A DNA stretch of 64,000 bases from Bugula neritina. Lineage: Eukaryota; Animalia; Bryozoa. The stretch lies in assembly GCA_964035545.1 (NCBI GenBank), contig OZ037769.1, forward strand, positions 124,001 to 188,000, in the 5' to 3' direction. Position numbers and translations under genes: made by a program. The notes under the pieces were generated by a model, which saw nothing but the letters and a program-made list of their open reading frames with translations, did not search any database and was not told the DNA's origin. This document shows, piece by piece, positions 58,863 through 64,000 of this stretch; positions within the stretch are counted from its first letter, which is position 1, and every line of letters begins with the position of its first letter.

Positions 58863-60889
58863 ATGTGTAAACAAGTGAAAGTAACTCTGATATTGCTGGC
58901 ATTGGCTAGCCTAGTCAACACTGCACCAATGGAAACCACCACCAAAAGTGTTGGCTCAATTTCAACGAAACCAGAAGACACCAACGACGTGGCAGCACTT
59001 CCTTTAGTGAAAATAGCCATGAGTGTGAATCCCACTGCAGACACGCCTACAGTAAAATCGTTTGAAGATATTATTAAGATGCATCAGACTGCAATTGATG
59101 GCTTGCGAAGTTACAACATCATGTCAGAGGTGAGAGCTTTTCTAGGCACCGATATTTGTCAATAGTATGATATCTAATCTGCAAGAATTAGTTTGAGAGT
59201 TGTGACAGGCTCACAAGTGCATATGGATTTTTATTAAGCTGATTGTATTTATTATTTGCTGACGTCACATGGGAACTCTATTGATTAGTCATTATTGATA
59301 ACTAATTACAGGAAGTGGAGGTGAGCTCGTGTGAAACCTGTAAGCCAGTTGATTGCGAAGCTACCTGCATCAAGGTTCTGTTTGAAATGGTTAAGAAGCC
59401 TGTGAGAGTGATGCAGAAGAGACTAGGAGTGGCGGAAGATGGTAAGCAGATTAAATAGCCTGGTTTAGGAAAGAAAAAGAGAATGTAATAGATATTTGAT
59501 TTGTTTGCACTTTGGTAGAGGTCAGGATGTATGAATGGAGCATAAAAGCATTAGTATAAGCCGATTTGGGCATCCCCACTCCACAAACTATGATTGACAT
59601 GCAAAAAATTAATTTTCTCTCAACAATGACTAATTATCTATTTTTCTCTGCAGGTATTCTGTCAGAAAGCTTGTTGAATGAGATGTATTCAATGACGAAA
59701 TGCGGAGACACAGACAAAAAGAGTGTTGCAAGACACAAAAGATGGGCTCGTTTGGGCAGTTCAGTCTGGCCAGCAAGTATGATGCCTCTTACCATTAGTG
59801 TTGCCAACTCTCCTGCAGGTTTCACTGTGCAAGAAATTGAGGATATCGCTCTGCAATGTGCTGAGGTACAACACTATAACCATTTAGCCTGTGACACTTG
59901 TTCTCTGAAATGCTTGTCATTATTTCAACATAATGTCGTGGTGTGAAATTATTCCTTTGAATTTTCGCAGATGTGGGCTGAACCAACAAGTCTTAGCTTT
60001 CAACTTGCGGCTAGAGGTGAGACTGGAAACATAGCCATTAGATTTGCTTACATAGATGGGCCTTGGAACACAGTGGGTCTAGGGCTCTCTCCAGTACCAT
60101 TTGGCAAAAAGTCTTCATACTTAAAACTTGACTGGGATGAGAAATGGAAGAAAACTCACAAAACACGAGGCTATGGTAAGTAGAGCCTGATGCTTTTCCA
60201 TCAACAGGCAGTGTAGACCAACATACTATTGACTGCTGTGCTCACACTCTTGCTCCCCATTTTTACCTATGGTTTCTTATTTTAAGGAGTGTCATTGAAA
60301 TGGGCAATCTGCCATGAGATGGGCCACAATCTCGGACTGAGTCATTCTACTGACCGCAAAGCCATCATGTATTCGTCTGGAGTTGGCCAGAATGAAGAGA
60401 TACTTCCAAGCGATGACTTCAGAGGCATAACCACTCTCTATAGAGGCCGCAACGGAAAGGTAAATGCTACTAAAATTATGCAATACGTTTCAAACTTTGC
60501 ATAAATCTTTGGTCTCGCCACATCATTTGACACAAAACTCATGATGGTTAAACAAACTTTTTTAGACAATTTTTGGAAGAAAATCACCCTCAAGGCAAAA
60601 CCCCTCACCAACCCCACGTCCATACACAAGAGCAACCCCACGTCCATACACAAGAGCAACCCCACGTCCATACACGAGAGCAACCCCACGTCCACACACT
60701 ACCCGCAGACCACAAACGACACCACACAGAGTACCAACTCCATACAAAAGCTACAAGCCTCCATCAGAAAGAAACTTTGCGCCTGTTGGACACCAACCCC
60801 GATACAGACCCTCTGCACCGAGTCAGTCCAACCGGCAGCCAGCTACCTGGTACTACGACAAGGAGACCGACAGATGGACTCTCGGTTAA
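58863..60889 (+). CDS. Matrix metalloproteinase (M10A matrixin) lacking a hemopexin domain, 436 aa. Exons 58863-59129, 59312-59441, 59654-59865, 59971-60175, 60287-60459, 60566-60889
   Basis: Signal peptide; cysteine-switch variant TKCGDTD; furin site RHKR; HEMGHNLGLSH zinc motif; Met-turn AIMY; DDFRGITTLY; P/R/T-rich tail. Phases match. Confidence 0.9.
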
Positions 60890-62002
60890 ATAGATCTGCT
60901 CATGTACAGCAAATAGTATTTATTTTCTGCTCAGGTAGACTTTGCAGTCAGTTGTTTGACTTAGGCAATATTGTATTTTATTTTGACTGCACTGATCTTG
61001 CATTGAGAGTGAACTGAATTCTCCAGATATTTATTAGACCCTGCTCGAGCTGTCAAAATTTCTCAACTCATTTATTTTGTCCAGCAGGTGTCTTGGTGCT
61101 AAACTAATGTATTCTTGGAATGAACTATCCGTCTGTATTGCAGAGCTCATAAACTCTATTTTATTCAATTCAAGCATTTTTTCAATCAATTTTATGCCCG
61201 TGGTCGGCCTGCAGATGGCGTGGAGATGGCAAATTTTTTTTAAGATCTTTTGTAAGGAACAAATGCAACTATGCATATTACGTGTTTCATCATTTTATAT
61301 AATATTTTGTACAGCAAATCTATATTAAATTATTTATATTTTTATAAGAAATAATATTATCAAATAAAGAAAAAGTAAAACATAAATTTGAATTACTTGA
61401 AATAAATCATAAAGTTACTAGAAACTTGAACTATGGCAAGCAGAGTTGTACGGTAAACTGACTGCCTGTCTAGCATGACTTAGAGGTGTTTGCTGGTAAA
61501 CAACTGGACCTTTCAGTTAGAACGAATATGAAGGGAGTGTTTGGGACAGGAAAGTAAAAGGATGTGAGTGACGTCTCTTGGCAACGAAAAGCATTTACGT
61601 AGCAAAATGTTTAGGTTTGATCAAAATTAAAACAAATTAAAAGGGAGTTTGCTTCATATCCTGATATTACGTTGGGGTAATTGTAAAACGTTCCCTTTGA
61701 GGTGTAGTATATCAAGATTTTATGTTCTCAGGTAAAGAAGAGCAAACTGTACCATATTTGTCTAAAGTTGGCAGTACTGGCAGGTTTTGAGTCATGATTG
61801 AGCAACATATTGATGATTTATTGGTTTTAAATCAATAAATCTGACAAGGTAAATAATAAATCATATTTTATAACTGGAATAACACCAAAATATATATTTG
61901 CTTTTACATTTCAAATTAAAAAGCTTTTCACTGCTAAAGAACATAATATATTCAACCAAGTACTCCCAGATTCTTCATTACACATTGAATGGTATGACAC
62001 AG

Positions 62003-62360
62003 TATGCTATGCTAGTGATATGCTATGCTAGTGATATGCTATGCTAGGGATATGCTATGCTAGTGATATGCTATGCTAGGGATATGCTATGCTGGGGATA
62101 TGCTATGCTAGGGATATGCTATGCTAGTGATATGCTATGCTAGGGATATGCTATGCTAGTGATATGCTATGCTAGGGATATGCTATGCTAGTGATATGCT
62201 ATGCTAGGGATATGCTATGCTAGTGATATGCTATGCTAGGGATATGCTATGCTAGTGATATGCTATGCTAGGGATATGCTATGCTAGTGATATGCTATGC
62301 TAGGGATATGCTATGCTAGTGATATGCTATGCTAGGAATATGCTAGTGATATGCTATGCT
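62003..62360. repeat. 16-bp minisatellite with alternating variants (32-bp dimer)
   Basis: Unit TATGCTATGCTAG[T/G]GA. Confidence 0.95.
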
Positions 62361-64000
62361 CCTCAGTAGTTGCTGCTGGAACTAACCACCAAAGTAAAGA
62401 ATTACCTCAGTAAGCAAGGTTGCTATAGGAATGGGAGTTATTATACTATATAATACTATAATTGAGTATAGTAATGTGCTGCAAACCATCAGTGAGTAAG
62501 AATGATTAGCCAATTGTGTTGATGGATTATGTAACATGACTATTAGAACAGTGGGTATTCATGAGTACAAAGCAATTAAGGTAATCTTCCACTTAGTAGC
62601 AAATTGAAAGCTGCTAAAGTAAATGTGAAAGAGGCTGTCTGGAAATAAGGTTATCTCAAAAAACAACGTGATCACGTGGTAACTGATATCCATAATATTC
62701 TAGAAAATACCATCCATTTCTGAACAGCTACTGTCCACAGCACTTGTTTCCACATCTGATGTTAGTCACAGCACATGTGTATGTGTGCACGAAGGTGTGC
62801 ATGTATATGTGTATGTGTATGCACTATGTATGTGTGCATGTGTATATATATGTGTATGTATATGTGTATGCACTAGTATGCGTGTGTGTATGTATGTGCT
62901 GTGTTGTCATCAGATGAGTTACTTTGTACCATGCCTATAACATCTTCCACACGAGGGTTATGAATGGAAAGCTCAAGGAAGATTTATCAGCTACATTACA
63001 GTTATTAAAGATAAATGTGGCTCCAGAAGAAAACCTCTTCCCAAACCGTAGCTCTGAGGATGTCAAAACTACTCAGTCCTGAGATTAAGTCTAATCCACT
63101 CAAACAATAGTATGAATTATATTCAAGTTGAAATGAAGAAGGTTTAGGAAAGATTAAATTCCAATATGAACAGATGGTTGCCATCAAACAGGCTGGAATT
63201 AGCGAGGAGTTAGACACAGTGAGAAGAAATATTAGAACACAGGCTACACATCTAATTTACTGGTAGAATAGTAGAGCACAGGCTACACGTCTAGTTTACT
63301 GGTAGAATAGTAGAATCATATGTTCTGTTGAGATTGTAGTACTAATGGGACACTTGGTTTATCATAATATAATACATAACTTGATAAAACTAGGTGCCAG
63401 TGCTATCAAACCTGAGACAAATTATATAAAGACAGTTCTACATGGTAGTGCTACTCAAACTAAATGCTGACTTATAATACATGCAGGTAAAGTTGGTAAT
63501 AGAATAGCTGCAGGTAAAGTTGGTAGAAGATATATGCAGGTAAAATGTGGGGTATGGAATTACTAATCCAACACAAACTTATTTTTTGCCCATTGCTTTG
63601 AAATCTCCATTAAGGGTTTCATTGAATATTGAATATTGTAAATCAAGTAGAGTTGCAAGTGTCAGGGATTAGAAGTGATGTTAAAGTGATGTAGAATGAG
63701 GTTAGAGAGGAGGGAAGGAGATTAATAAGATGTGAAGAGGCGGTGTTAAGACATGTCTATCAAAGAGACGGATACATAACTCAGCATTAGAAGAAGACTA
63801 TAAGATGTTTACAAAGTGAGAGATTAAGATGGTATAATAATGAGCTGATAATCCAGCTACTAAACGCCTTTTCAGGATATACTGGCTGCACGTAACAACA
63901 TTTCACAACATCTGAGCTTACAACTACTAGAGAGTGACTGAATCCTTGTAACTAAGGCTTCACTTCAAATTTATTTGTATAAGCAGATTAGCTGAGATTT

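Noticed and set aside
61034-61328. 80-aa and 83-aa ORFs downstream of the MMP stop
   Set aside because: They lie in the likely MMP 3'UTR, with no recognisable motif and no linked upstream exon found.

Overview
AT-rich animal (invertebrate-type) genomic DNA with spliced genes. It looks lophotrochozoan-like, but that is an impression only. Hand-splicing gives seven host genes. (1) The 5' end of an unidentified mitochondrial-presequence/TM protein gene (-, runs off the left edge). (2) ANKLE1 (+, 16 exons, ~1393 aa). (3) PRDM14 (-, 11 exons). (4) A SPATA48/SPMIP7-like ciliary gene (-). (5) PTS (-). (6) UXT (+). (7) An atypical hemopexin-less matrix metalloproteinase (+). A 4.5-kb Kolobok-type DNA transposon (3200-7738; TTAA target-site duplication, long imperfect TIRs) carries a crippled THAP-transposase remnant and an intact 3-exon gene for a P2X7-ballast-like (KolX-type) Cys-rich protein. 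Truncated LINE fragments are also present. About 50 locally unique minisatellites (units 5-58 bp) fill the introns and are often anchored exactly on splice sites or stop codons; the long ORFs in the supplied track are artefacts of these arrays. Most unusual signals: a cryptic 6-bp-periodic (ANWNT-N)n sequence clustered round the TATA-less promoters; the exon-edge-anchored repeat amplification; the Kolobok cargo gene; a WDR5-binding-like EEIDVV tail on PRDM14; and the MMP that lacks its structural-zinc ligands.
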